Shown: positions 18,166 through 27,586 of the stretch, piece by piece
Position numbering within the stretch: the stretch's first letter is position 1
Layout: each line of letters starts with the position of its first letter
Source: Vicinamibacterales bacterium
GTDB taxonomy: Bacteria; Acidobacteriota; Vicinamibacteria; Vicinamibacterales; JAMQPK01
Direction of reading: 5' to 3'
Length of the DNA stretch: 64,000 nt
Assembly (NCBI GenBank): GCA_963782595.1
Contig: CAWAKJ010000003.1
Coordinates: 707,789-771,788, forward strand
Made by a program: the position numbers and the translations under genes
The notes under the pieces: model-generated
What the model saw: the letters and a program-made list of their open reading frames with translations, nothing else
What the model was told of the DNA's origin: nothing
Databases searched by the model: none

Positions 18166-19121
18166 TGGGTGAGCGTCTGCATATTCTTTCGATCGCACCC
18201 CCGTGGCAGCGTGCCTCGTGGCGGCCTGTCGCCCGCGTAGCAGTTCGGGATGACGTAGTAGCGCTTCGCCGCTCGTGGCTGCGACGGTGGAGTTGAAGCG
18301 GCAGGCGCCGCCGCGACCGGCGCCGTACTGGGCTGCAGGAGCTGCATGTCGCCGCGATAACGCAGAATCTCGTTCGGTTCGATCATCACGTTGAACGACA
18401 ACGTTTCATAACCTGGCGCGCGCAGGTCGATGCGGTGCGGACCGGCATCGATGCTCATGGGCCATCCTGTGAAACCGAAATCGCCCGCCAGTCCAACGAA
18501 GAATCCATCGACGTATGCCTGCGCAGACGGAGGCGTCGTCAACAGCGAGAGTGATCCGCGGATTTCTTCGACGACGTCCCTGCGCGCATATTCGTCGAGG
18601 CTCGGCATCAAGTAGGGATCCGTATAGTAGGGATCCGTAAAGTAGGGCCAAATGCCGCTACCGATGAAGTCCGACTCTTGCCGCCGCGGGAGCCGCTGAA
18701 AGCGATCCCGTGGCTCAAAGCGATCAAATCGAGTCCTCGGGAAGCGATCAAATCCCCGCCGTGGGAAGCGATCATCAAATCCCGGCCTTGGAAAGTGATC
18801 AAATCCGGGCCGTGGAACGCGATCGAATTCTTGATACAGGTCGCGCCGTCCGGGGATGAAGCCGCTGAACGGGTTCGGCACCGTCAGCGCGGCAGGCATC
18901 TGCGGCAGCGGCGATGGAGGAGGCGGTACCACTCGGAATCGAGGAGGAAACCCCGTCCGCGGCGAAGGATGCCGTCCCGTCCCCGGTGAAGGTGAAGGAG
19001 ATGGCCCCGTCCGCGGAGCGGGAGCGGGTGAAGGAGTTGGCGCCGGCGTTTGCGCGATGGTGTGCGACGCAGTGGTAAGTGCCAGCGTCAGGGCAAGTAT
19101 CGCGACGGAACCAGTTTTCAT
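18162..19121 (-). CDS. secreted proline-rich repeat protein with PEGA-like C-terminal domain
   Basis: Signal peptide; P-rich tract; degenerate (R)FDRFPR / PRPGFDHF repeats; YYTDPY motifs; PEGA-like segment (AQAYVDGFFVG...PHRIDLRAPGYETLSF). Confidence 0.65.
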   Translation of the reverse strand: MKTGSVAILALTLALTTASHTIAQTPAPTPSPAPAPRTGPSPSPSPGTGRHPSPRTGFPPRFRVVPPPPSPLPQMPAALTVPNPFSGFIPGRRDLYQEFDRVPRPGFDHFPRPGFDDRFPRRGFDRFPRTRFDRFEPRDRFQRLPRRQESDFIGSGIWPYFTDPYYTDPYLMPSLDEYARRDVVEEIRGSLSLLTTPPSAQAYVDGFFVGLAGDFGFTGWPMSIDAGPHRIDLRAPGYETLSFNVMIEPNEILRYRGDMQLLQPSTAPVAAAPAASTPPSQPRAAKRYYVIPNCYAGDRPPRGTLPRGCDRKNMQTLTQ

Positions 19122-19228
19122 GGCTGCAGCTCTTTTCCTATACTAGCCCGCCCTTGCGCTGTTTGTCACAGCGAATCGGCGTCACTCAACGATTCGCCGG
19201 GCAAGCTGCGTCGGAACCCGCACGCCGT

Positions 19229-19321
19229 TCAGACGCGGCGGCGGACCTGCGCGACCAAAAAGGAGATAAGGCCAACGGCAGCGATAACCAGGAGAACGCC
19301 GACCGTCACTGTAAGACCCAT
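19229..19321 (-). CDS. candidate 30-aa single-TM peptide (below the ORF-track size cutoff)
   Basis: ATG preceded by AGAGG; translates MGLTVTVGVLLVIAAVGLISFLVAQVRRRV, a hydrophobic helix plus basic tail. Confidence 0.3.
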   Translation of the reverse strand: MGLTVTVGVLLVIAAVGLISFLVAQVRRRV

Positions 19322-19362
19322 ATAGCCTCTAATGTCTTGAGATGCAACGGGGCTGCCATTGG

Positions 19363-19392
19363 GAGCGGGCCAAAGAGCAGGACCCGCCCTAC
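19363..19392. repeat. REP-like palindrome family A, degenerate copy
   Basis: GAGCGGGCCAAAGAGCAGGACCCGCCCTAC; the right half matches the family consensus and overlaps the LysR stop codon. Confidence 0.5.
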
Positions 19393-20273
19393 GAGTGGCT
19401 CACTACCGATTCGAGCGTCTGCTTGAGCTTGTCTGCGGTCGGCGAGAGCGATCGTCCCGCGCGCATGATGATGCCGATGCGGCGTGTGAGCGCCTCGCCG
19501 CGGATGCGGAGTTGATGCAGGCGGCTGGGCGCCGCCATCGATTCGGGCAGAATGCCAATCCCGAGACCGGCCTGCGCAAGTCCCGCGACGGAGGTGCCGT
19601 AGGTCGTTTCGTACGCCACGTTACTCACGAGGCCCTCACGGTCGAACGCCAGATCAACGATTTGACGGCTGCTGCTGTCCTTCACCATGAGAATCAACGG
19701 ATGTTTGGCCAGCTCGTGAAGCGTCATGCTGCGCTTCCTCGCGAGCGGATGATTCGTGGCGACCACGGCGCACAGGCGATCCATCAACAGCACGTGGCTG
19801 GTGAGCTCGCGATCGCCATAAGTCTGACTGCTGATACCGAAGTCGACTTGTCCGGATTTCACCATGGCCGCCACCGTCGAGGCTACGCCGTCATGGACGC
19901 GCACCGTGATGCCCGGGTAGGACTCTGACAACTTCTTGATGGCGCGCGGCAGCAGCCCGGCCGCAACCGATGGCAGCGCTGCCACTGTCACCAGGCCGCG
20001 GCGATGCTCGAGGAGCTCTTCGGTGCTGGTGGCGATCGCTTCGACCTCGATGAGGATGCGCTCGAGAGGCACGAGCAGATCGCGGCCCGCCTGCGTGATC
20101 GCGACGTGCCGTTTACTACGGTCGAACAGCTTGACGCCAACGGCGGCCTCGAGTTGCTGAATCTGTACGGTCAACGTCGGCTGCGACATATGCAGCTCGG
20201 TCGCGGCGCGCGTGAAGCTGCCCGCGCGGGCGAGCGCCAGAAACGCGCGGATATGCCGGAGGTCATGAATCAT
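19389..20273 (-). CDS. LysR family transcriptional regulator
   Basis: N-terminal HTH (LRHIRAFLALARAGSFTRAATELHMSQPTLTVQIQQLE) and LysR substrate-binding domain. Confidence 0.92.
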   Translation of the reverse strand: MIHDLRHIRAFLALARAGSFTRAATELHMSQPTLTVQIQQLEAAVGVKLFDRSKRHVAITQAGRDLLVPLERILIEVEAIATSTEELLEHRRGLVTVAALPSVAAGLLPRAIKKLSESYPGITVRVHDGVASTVAAMVKSGQVDFGISSQTYGDRELTSHVLLMDRLCAVVATNHPLARKRSMTLHELAKHPLILMVKDSSSRQIVDLAFDREGLVSNVAYETTYGTSVAGLAQAGLGIGILPESMAAPSRLHQLRIRGEALTRRIGIIMRAGRSLSPTADKLKQTLESVVSHS

Positions 20274-20280
20274 CGGTCAA

Positions 20281-20321
20281 AATTGTTATTACTTTAAGTA
20301 ATTACTGAAATAAGAACAATT
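20281..20321. promoter_or_regulatory. AT-rich nested palindrome with LysR-type T-N11-A box
   Basis: ATTACTTTAAGTAAT (20288-20302) nested inside AATTGTT...AACAATT (20281-20287 / 20315-20321), in the divergent LysR/adk spacer. Confidence 0.55.
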
Positions 20322-20427
20322 CAATTGTCTAATTCAGCGCCCGTGTTACCTTTTTTATAGTGGCCTGCGACACTTGCGTTCTGTTCGATCGTGCACGTCG
20401 CACCACGCAGCCAAACGGGTGGATAAA

Positions 20428-21143
<716 letters not shown>

Positions 21144-21272
21144 AATCATGTCGACATACACTTCGACTGCGCCTCGGATCCTGGCGCCACGAACCCACTG
21201 CGCCGAGGCGTACGTGGATGACGCTCAATCCTGACGTCGCGCACATCTGGCGCTCGGCGAGAACTGGTGAGC

Positions 21273-21300
21273 TTAGGAGCTAGGGATTAGGGATTAGCGA
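21273..21300. repeat. heptamer array TAGGAGC-TAGGGAT-TAGGGAT-TAGCGAC
   Basis: Four consecutive 7-nt units read directly. Confidence 0.75.
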
Positions 21301-21304
21301 CCGG

Positions 21305-21351
21305 GCAGATTGACGATCGGCAATAGCAACTGATCACCGATCGTCATCTGC
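21305..21351 (-). terminator. hairpin downstream of the GlsB/YeaQ-family gene
   Basis: GCAGATTGACGATCGG ... CCGATCGTCATCTGC (15 bp with one bulge), 20 nt past the stop at 21371. Confidence 0.45.
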
Positions 21352-21370
21352 GCCACGGGTCGGCCCTGCG

Positions 21371-21628
21371 TCACACGGTTCGCCGGCGGGCGACCATCCG
21401 GTAGAGAAACAACAAGCCTACGGCCCCCAGAATCGACATGAAAATGCCGGCGCTGTCGTTGGGACCGTACATGCCTAGCAGGCGTCCGGCGTATCCGCCG
21501 AGCACCGCGCCTACAATGCCGAGCAGCATCGTCACGACGATGCCCCCGGGATCTCTGCCGGGCATCAAGACCTTCGCGATCGCGCCGACGATGAGACCAA
21601 AGATAATCCACCCAAGAATGCCAAACAT
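21371..21628 (-). CDS. GlsB/YeaQ/YmgE (transglycosylase-associated) stress membrane protein
   Basis: Start at MFGILGWIIFGLIVGAIAK with GGAGG RBS; characteristic G-rich TM helices. Confidence 0.85.
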   Translation of the reverse strand: MFGILGWIIFGLIVGAIAKVLMPGRDPGGIVVTMLLGIVGAVLGGYAGRLLGMYGPNDSAGIFMSILGAVGLLFLYRMVARRRTV

Positions 21629-21681
21629 GCGTGTACCTCCACCGTTGTACGATGCACGAGATGTTCCATACGATGTGATCA

Positions 21682-21728
21682 ATGGGCGAAGGGCATCGGG
21701 CGATGGTCCATGGTCGGTCGTTGGTCAT
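21682..21728. repeat. heptamer array of the GATGGKC family
   Basis: AATGGGC GAAGGGC ATCGGGC GATGGTC CATGGTC GGTCGTT GGTCATG; same unit family as 53847-53909. Confidence 0.65.
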
Positions 21729-21953
21729 GTACACAAACTGACCATGTGGCCTTGAGCATCGACCTTAGGTCCCTATCGAGCTCGCTGCACTCGTCACCGC
21801 TGCGCCGCGCCGCTGCGCAGCAGCACTTGGCTGGTCGCCCCATTCGATGCCGAGCGAGAGCCCGAGCGTGAGCTGCCGGTTGACGTGTCATCGAGCTGGA
21901 TGCGCGGGGTAGCCCAAAAGGAGTAGCCCGGAATTCCTTCATGGCAGCTTAAC

Positions 21954-22631
21954 GTGTCGAGGCTAAAATCTCGGCGTAGGACATACATGTTCCTGCTTAC
22001 GTTGGCCTTATTTTTTCAGGTCGCTTCTGCGGCCCAGGCCGTGCTCACCCGCACGTTTGAGGACGATAAGATTGGTGCGCCGCCTGCCGGATTCCAGTTG
22101 GCAGCGGGACGCGAGGCGCCCGCCGATCGCTGGACAGTGAGGCGCGAGGGGGACGGGCGCGTGCTGGTGCACGAGGGCAAAGCGGCGCCTGCCGACAGCT
22201 TTGCCGTGGCCATTCTGTCCGGGGTCCAGTACGCGGACGTCGTGGTTTCGGTGCGCTTCAAGGCGACCGGTGGGGGGCGCACCGCCGGCCTGGTATGGAA
22301 ATACCAGGATCCGATGAATCACTACACGGCCCAACTCGACCTGGTCAGGCAGGAGGTTTCTGTGTACCGCGTGGTGAGCGGCAACCGAATCCGCCTCGAA
22401 CGAGAGGACGATCTCGAGCTCGATCCCGACGCCTGGCACTCCTTGAGAATCGTCCAGGCCAACGAGCAGGTCCGGGTGTATCTTGGTGGGATACGCGTGC
22501 TGAGCGAGCGAGATCGCCAGCCGCGCGCATCGGCCGGCATCGGTATCTGGGTGGGGGGCGACTCCACCGTCATGTTCGACGACCTTCGTGTCGAAGACAG
22601 GCCGGCTCCGCCACCAAAACAACAAAAATGA
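21954..22631 (+). CDS. secreted protein, possibly concanavalin/LamG-like (DUF1080-like) fold
   Basis: Signal peptide (alternative ATG at 21987 has an AGGA RBS); beta-rich sequence; ATGA overlap with the response regulator. Confidence 0.55.
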   Translation: MSRLKSRRRTYMFLLTLALFFQVASAAQAVLTRTFEDDKIGAPPAGFQLAAGREAPADRWTVRREGDGRVLVHEGKAAPADSFAVAILSGVQYADVVVSVRFKATGGGRTAGLVWKYQDPMNHYTAQLDLVRQEVSVYRVVSGNRIRLEREDDLELDPDAWHSLRIVQANEQVRVYLGGIRVLSERDRQPRASAGIGIWVGGDSTVMFDDLRVEDRPAPPPKQQK

Positions 22632-23284
22632 GATTACTGGTCGTCGAGGACGAGGCCGATCTTGCCAGCACGCTGAACCGAGCCCTCGGCGAAGCCCATT
22701 TCGCCGTCGACCTCGCGTCCGATGGCGAAGAGGCACAGTATCTTCTTGCCGAAGTGGCCTACGACGCGGTCGTACTCGACCTGATGGTGCCTAAACGCAG
22801 CGGCTGGACGCTGCTCAAGGATTTGCGCGAGTCCGGTTCGCGCACGCCGGTACTGATTCTGACCGCGCGCGATGCGGTTGACGATCGCGTGAAGGCGCTC
22901 GACCTCGGCGCCGACGACTACCTTCCGAAGCCGTTTGCGATATCGGAGCTCGTTGCCCGATTGCGCGCGCTGGTGCGGCGCTCGGCGGGGAACCCTTCGC
23001 CCGTCCTGGTCGTTGGAGAAATCACCATCGATCGCGCGGCCCGGCTCGTGTATCGCGACGACGTTCCCATCGAGCTGACCGCCCGGGAATATTCGATCCT
23101 CGAACTGATGGTCAGCAATCGCGGCACGCTCGTGACGCGGTCGGCCATCTGCGAACACCTCTACAGCGAGTCGAGCGACGTCTTCTCGAACGTGGTCGAC
23201 GTTCACATCGCCGCACTGCGGCGCAAACTCGGTCCCACCGTCATCCACACCCGCCGCGGACAGGGCTACATCGTCAATGCGTGA
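22628..23284 (+). CDS. OmpR-family response regulator
   Basis: Start at MRLLVVEDE; receiver domain (DLMVPKRSG) and winged-helix output (LTAREYSILELM...RRGQGYIV). Confidence 0.93.
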   Translation: MRLLVVEDEADLASTLNRALGEAHFAVDLASDGEEAQYLLAEVAYDAVVLDLMVPKRSGWTLLKDLRESGSRTPVLILTARDAVDDRVKALDLGADDYLPKPFAISELVARLRALVRRSAGNPSPVLVVGEITIDRAARLVYRDDVPIELTAREYSILELMVSNRGTLVTRSAICEHLYSESSDVFSNVVDVHIAALRRKLGPTVIHTRRGQGYIVNA

Positions 23285-24659
23285 ATCGCTGCGCGTCCGC
23301 CTGGTTCTGTGGTACGCGCTCGTGCTGACGCTCGTGGTCGTGTTGTACGGTGGCGCAGTGGTGTATCGGTCGTGGCGAACGATGACGACGGCTGTCGATC
23401 TCGAGCTGGAGGAGTACGCGCTCGAGGTGAGCAGGGCTCTGAAGCCCGTGGAAGGCGGACGGTTCGATCTCGAGATTCCTTCGGACGCGGCCTCGGACTT
23501 TTTCGGCCCCGAAGCGCGTGCGTACTACATCATCTGGAGTCGGACTGGAGAGCTCGTCGATCAGTCTGCTCCGGAACTCAAGGTTGGCCTTCCCGGCAAC
23601 ACCGCACCAGGCCGGCGCGAACTGTCGATGCCGGCAACAGGTGGAGCGACGGTACTCGTCGGACGCGACATTGCCAGCCTGGAGCAGGAGCAGCGGGGAT
23701 TGTTCTGGAACGTGCTGCTCGCCGGACTGGCCACGCTCGCGGTGGCGATCTTCGGCGGGTGGTTCGTTGCGGGTCGCGCGCTGGCACCGATCAAGCGCAT
23801 CAGCAGGACCGCCCTCGCGATGTCGGCGGGCAATCTCAACGCGCGGATTGCCGTGGAGAGCACCGACAGCGAGCTCGAGCAGGTGGCGTCGACGCTGAAC
23901 GAGGCCTTCGATCGCCTGCGGCTTGCCGTGGAGCAGGAGAAGCAGTTCATGGCCGATGCCTCACATGAACTGCGCACGCCGATTTCGGTTCTACGGGCGG
24001 AAACCGAATGGGCGCTGGACCGCGAACGAAGTCCCCAGCAGTACAAGGACGCGCTGGCTGTGTGCCGGCGTGCAGCGCACCGCATGCAGGACATCGCAGA
24101 GCGGCTGCTCACCCTCGTGCGGGTCGAGCTGGCGTCCGACTCGCTGGAGCACACACCTGTCGCCATGCGGTCGCTCATCGACGATGTCGTGGCATGGCTT
24201 GCGCCGATGGCACAGGAACGCGACGTGCGTCTGACGGTGGCCGGCGATCCGTTTACCGTGAATGGCGATGCCGAGCAGCTTCGCGAAGCCCTGAACAACG
24301 TCATTGCCAACGCCATCCTCTACAACAAACCGGGCGGCAGCGTGACCATCTCCACGCGCGAGACCGGTGGTGAAGCGCGGATTGAAGTCGTTGATACCGG
24401 CGTCGGGATTCCCGCCGAGGCCGTGTCGCGGGTGTTCGAGCGCTTCTTCCGGGTCGACAAAGCCCGATCGCGCGAAGGCCATTCCGGCAGCCATCCCACC
24501 TCGCACGGTCAGGCAGGGGGGTCTGGTCTGGGCCTTTCGATCTCGCGCACGATCTTCGTCGCGCACGGCGGCAACATCACCTGCACCAGCGAGCCTGGAG
24601 TCGGATCGGCGTTCGTCATCTCGCTCCCCACCGTGACATTGCCGGTGATGGCGAATTGA
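23277..24659 (+). CDS. sensor histidine kinase (2 TM, HAMP, HisKA, HATPase_c)
   Basis: H-box SHELRTPIS; N box NAILYN; G1 DTGVGI; G2 GGSGLGLSI preceded by a His-rich insertion. Confidence 0.92.
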   Translation: MRESLRVRLVLWYALVLTLVVVLYGGAVVYRSWRTMTTAVDLELEEYALEVSRALKPVEGGRFDLEIPSDAASDFFGPEARAYYIIWSRTGELVDQSAPELKVGLPGNTAPGRRELSMPATGGATVLVGRDIASLEQEQRGLFWNVLLAGLATLAVAIFGGWFVAGRALAPIKRISRTALAMSAGNLNARIAVESTDSELEQVASTLNEAFDRLRLAVEQEKQFMADASHELRTPISVLRAETEWALDRERSPQQYKDALAVCRRAAHRMQDIAERLLTLVRVELASDSLEHTPVAMRSLIDDVVAWLAPMAQERDVRLTVAGDPFTVNGDAEQLREALNNVIANAILYNKPGGSVTISTRETGGEARIEVVDTGVGIPAEAVSRVFERFFRVDKARSREGHSGSHPTSHGQAGGSGLGLSISRTIFVAHGGNITCTSEPGVGSAFVISLPTVTLPVMAN

Positions 24660-24823
24660 CAATTACCGGCGAGTGTGTTCTCCTATTTCACCTTTGATGA
24701 AGACCCTTACCTCGCTCTATTTCGTGCCGCAGCGCATGCGCGCCGCCATTGGCGGCGGCGTTTATGTCGCAACGTGCGGAGGCAGGTGCGGGTGAGATAA
24801 GCCAGACCCGACGAGACCTTTCC

Positions 24824-24867
24824 AAAAGGCCATCACCTGCGCAAGCGGTGATGGCCTTTTTGCTTTT
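24824..24867 (+). terminator. intrinsic terminator
   Basis: AAAAGGCCATCACC-tgcgcaagc-GGTGATGGCCTTTT followed by TGCTTTT; lies 22 nt upstream of the ABC ATPase ATG. Confidence 0.8.
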
Positions 24868-24888
24868 CAGGGTATCGGGAGAGATCAC

Positions 24889-25890
24889 ATGCAGGCACTG
24901 GCGATTGAGACCGAACGTCTGGGACGCATCTACAAGCCGCGGAAGAACGATCGGCACGAGACAAAGCCACGCGTGGCGCTGAGCGATGTCAGCCTGACCG
25001 TGCCGCGAGGGGAATTGTTCGGCTTGCTGGGTCCGAACGGCGCCGGGAAGACGACGCTGATCAAGATTCTGACGACCCTGCTCGCGCCCTCGTCGGGGTG
25101 GGCGGCTGTCGAGGGGTACGACGTCCATCGCGAGCCGCAGTTCGTCCGGCCATGCATCAACATGGTTTCCGGCGGGGAAGCATCAGGTTACGGATTGCTC
25201 ACCGTCCGCGAGAATCTGTGGATGTTCTCGCAGTTCTACGGGCTGAGCTCTGCCGACGCGAACAGGCGCATCGTCGAGCTGCTCGCGATCGTGAAGATGT
25301 CCGATCGCATGAACACCAAGTCGTCGCAGCTCTCGACCGGACTGCGGCAGAAGATGAACATCGCGAGGGGCTTCCTTACCGATCCGAAGGTGTTGTTTCT
25401 CGACGAGCCGACGCTGGGGCTCGACGTCGAGGCGTCGCGCGACGCGCGCAAGTACATCCGGCAGTGGGTGAAGGAGGACGACACTCGAACCGTTCTCCTG
25501 ACCACGCACTATATGGTCGAAGCCGATGAGCTGTGCGATCGCGTGGCCATCATCAACGGAGGGCGAGTGCTCGCGTGCGACACACCGGCGAACCTGAAGC
25601 GGAGGCTGCAGCGCGAGGCCATTTTTCATCTCGAGGCCGCACCGCTGGCGGCCGCCGATGTGGCGGCGATCGCCGCGCTGCCGGGCGTGGAGAAGTCCAC
25701 GCACCGGTCGAACGAGACCGGCTCGTCGGTCGAGCTGATCCTGAGGGAAGAGCGCGTGCTCGGCCCCGTGATTGGTTTGCTCGAATCCAGGCAGATCGGG
25801 CTCACCAATCTCACGAAGCGGGAACCCACGCTCGAGGACGTGTTCGTGGCACTGGTCGGCCGCAGTATGGAGGAAGTGGAACATGACTAG
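24889..25890 (+). CDS. ABC transporter ATP-binding protein (ABC-2 / DrrA-like)
   Basis: Walker A GPNGAGKTT, signature LSTGLRQK, Walker B VLFLDEP. Confidence 0.93.
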   Translation: MQALAIETERLGRIYKPRKNDRHETKPRVALSDVSLTVPRGELFGLLGPNGAGKTTLIKILTTLLAPSSGWAAVEGYDVHREPQFVRPCINMVSGGEASGYGLLTVRENLWMFSQFYGLSSADANRRIVELLAIVKMSDRMNTKSSQLSTGLRQKMNIARGFLTDPKVLFLDEPTLGLDVEASRDARKYIRQWVKEDDTRTVLLTTHYMVEADELCDRVAIINGGRVLACDTPANLKRRLQREAIFHLEAAPLAAADVAAIAALPGVEKSTHRSNETGSSVELILREERVLGPVIGLLESRQIGLTNLTKREPTLEDVFVALVGRSMEEVEHD

Positions 25891-26731
25891 TCCATCGTCG
25901 ATCGGCCATCGTCGATCGTCTGGATGGCGCCTGTTTGCCCGCACAGTGATGGCGCGCGCGTATCCACGTCTCATCATGAACGTGCGCGAGAAATGGTGGC
26001 TCGTCTTCGACATCGTGTTGCCGCTCGTCGGCGTGTGCGCCTATGTGTTCGTGTATCGCGCCAACGACGCGCCGGCCGATCTCATCGGATTCGTCATCAT
26101 CGGCGGTGCGATGAGCGCGTACTGGATGAATGTGCTGTGGTCGATGGGCAATCAGTTGTTCTGGGAAAAAGAGACGGGCAACCTCGCACTGTACATCATG
26201 GCACCGAACTCGATGATGGCCATACTGCTCGGCATGGCGCTGGGCGGCATGGTAACGACGACGGTTCGGGCGGCGAGCATTCTCGCGATCGGCAGTCTGC
26301 TCTTCGACGTGCACTTCGCCGTGTCGAGCGTCCCCCTGCTGGCGACGGTATTCGTGCTCGCGCTCGTCGCGCTGTACGGCATGGGAATGATGTTCGCGTC
26401 GATGTTTCTGCTGCTCGGGCGTGAAGCGTGGCATCTGGTGAATCTCGCACAGGAGCCGGTGTTTCTCCTGTCGGGGACCTTCTTTCCGATCCGCAGCTTC
26501 AACTTCTGGGTCGCCGCGGGCGCATCGGTGATTCCGCTCACGCTGGCGCTCGATGCGATTCGCCAGTTGTCGTTTTCTTCCGGCGCCGCGCAGGGATTTC
26601 TCGACGTCCGTACTGAGGTGACAGTGCTGGCCGGTCTTTGCATCGTCTTCTTGTTTGTCGCAAGGTTTCTGCTGCAGCAGCTCGAACGCATGGCGATCGC
26701 TGAAGGTCGGCTGACAGAGAGCAGGGCGTGA
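25883..26731 (+). CDS. ABC-2 type permease (first of two)
   Basis: Six hydrophobic segments; start at MTSPSS overlaps the ATPase end (alternative ATG at 25949); the first codons lie in a repeat tract. Confidence 0.8.
   Translation: MTSPSSIGHRRSSGWRLFARTVMARAYPRLIMNVREKWWLVFDIVLPLVGVCAYVFVYRANDAPADLIGFVIIGGAMSAYWMNVLWSMGNQLFWEKETGNLALYIMAPNSMMAILLGMALGGMVTTTVRAASILAIGSLLFDVHFAVSSVPLLATVFVLALVALYGMGMMFASMFLLLGREAWHLVNLAQEPVFLLSGTFFPIRSFNFWVAAGASVIPLTLALDAIRQLSFSSGAAQGFLDVRTEVTVLAGLCIVFLFVARFLLQQLERMAIAEGRLTESRA
25891..25927. repeat. tandem CCATCGTCGATCG units (complement of the GATGGKC family) within the 5' end of a CDS
   Basis: TCCATCGTCGATCGGCCATCGTCGATCGTCTGGATGG read directly. Confidence 0.6.
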
Positions 26732-26735
26732 AAGT

Positions 26736-27575
26736 ATGTGGACATCTCTGAAAACGGCAACGTGGCTGGGCTGGCAGATCGAGTCGAACTGGGCTTCGCC
26801 CGCCCTGTTTGCGCTCTATTCGATCGTCAAGCCGCTCACGGCGGCGGCCATTCTGGTCGTGATGTTCGGGATGGTGACGCAGGGCAACTTCGCCTCCACG
26901 GCGTTTTCGTACATGTACATCGGCAATGCGTTCTACATGTACGTCGGGGCCGTGATGGCTGGAATGGCGCAGGCGGTCGTCGACGATCGCGAGAGATTCA
27001 TGACGCTCAAGTCGATGTACGTGGCGCCGGTCAACATCCCGATGTACCTCATGGGGCGCGGTGTCGCGCGCGTGCTGACGACGACGCTGTCGGTCGCCAT
27101 CACGCTGGCGTTCGGCGTGCTGTTTCTGCGGCTTCAGTTGAGCGTGGCGGACGTCAGGTGGGGCTTGTTCCTCGCCTCGTTACTGGCTGGCGTGGTGATG
27201 CTCGCGATGATGGGGCTGACACTGGCCAGCATCGTGCTCGTCATCGCGCACAATTCCTGGCTCGTCGGCGAGGCGGTGGCAGCGGCGCTCTATCTCTTCT
27301 GCGGCGCGGTGTTTCCGCTGGAGGTGCTCCCATGGTGGCTCAGGCCGGTCGGCTATGTCATGCCGGTGACCTACTGGCTCGAGCTCGTGCGTCGCTCCCT
27401 CGTCGGGCAGGTGGCACACGAGTACCCGACGCTGGCGGGCTTTGGCGATGCGCAGTTGCTCGTGCTGGTCATGGTGCTCACTGTGGCTTTCGGCGCGATC
27501 GCGGCGGCGACCTTTGCCCGCTGCGATTACCTGGCCCGCGAGCGAGGGTTGATCGACAGGACGACGAATTACTAG
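26736..27575 (+). CDS. ABC-2 type permease (second of two)
   Basis: 279 aa, six TM segments, follows the first permease after 4 nt. Confidence 0.82.
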   Translation: MWTSLKTATWLGWQIESNWASPALFALYSIVKPLTAAAILVVMFGMVTQGNFASTAFSYMYIGNAFYMYVGAVMAGMAQAVVDDRERFMTLKSMYVAPVNIPMYLMGRGVARVLTTTLSVAITLAFGVLFLRLQLSVADVRWGLFLASLLAGVVMLAMMGLTLASIVLVIAHNSWLVGEAVAAALYLFCGAVFPLEVLPWWLRPVGYVMPVTYWLELVRRSLVGQVAHEYPTLAGFGDAQLLVLVMVLTVAFGAIAAATFARCDYLARERGLIDRTTNY

Positions 27576-27586
27576 GACAGATCATG

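Noticed and set aside
21144-21272. Possible 28-aa ORF (MSTYTSTAPRILAPRTHCAEAYVDDAQS) in the adk/GlsB spacer
   Set aside because: It has no RBS, its composition is unremarkable, and nothing distinguishes it from chance.
23782-23797. TGGCACCGATCAAGCG with GG-N10-GC spacing
   Set aside because: It lies inside the histidine kinase coding region, the -12 element is AAGC rather than TTGC, and there is no downstream start.
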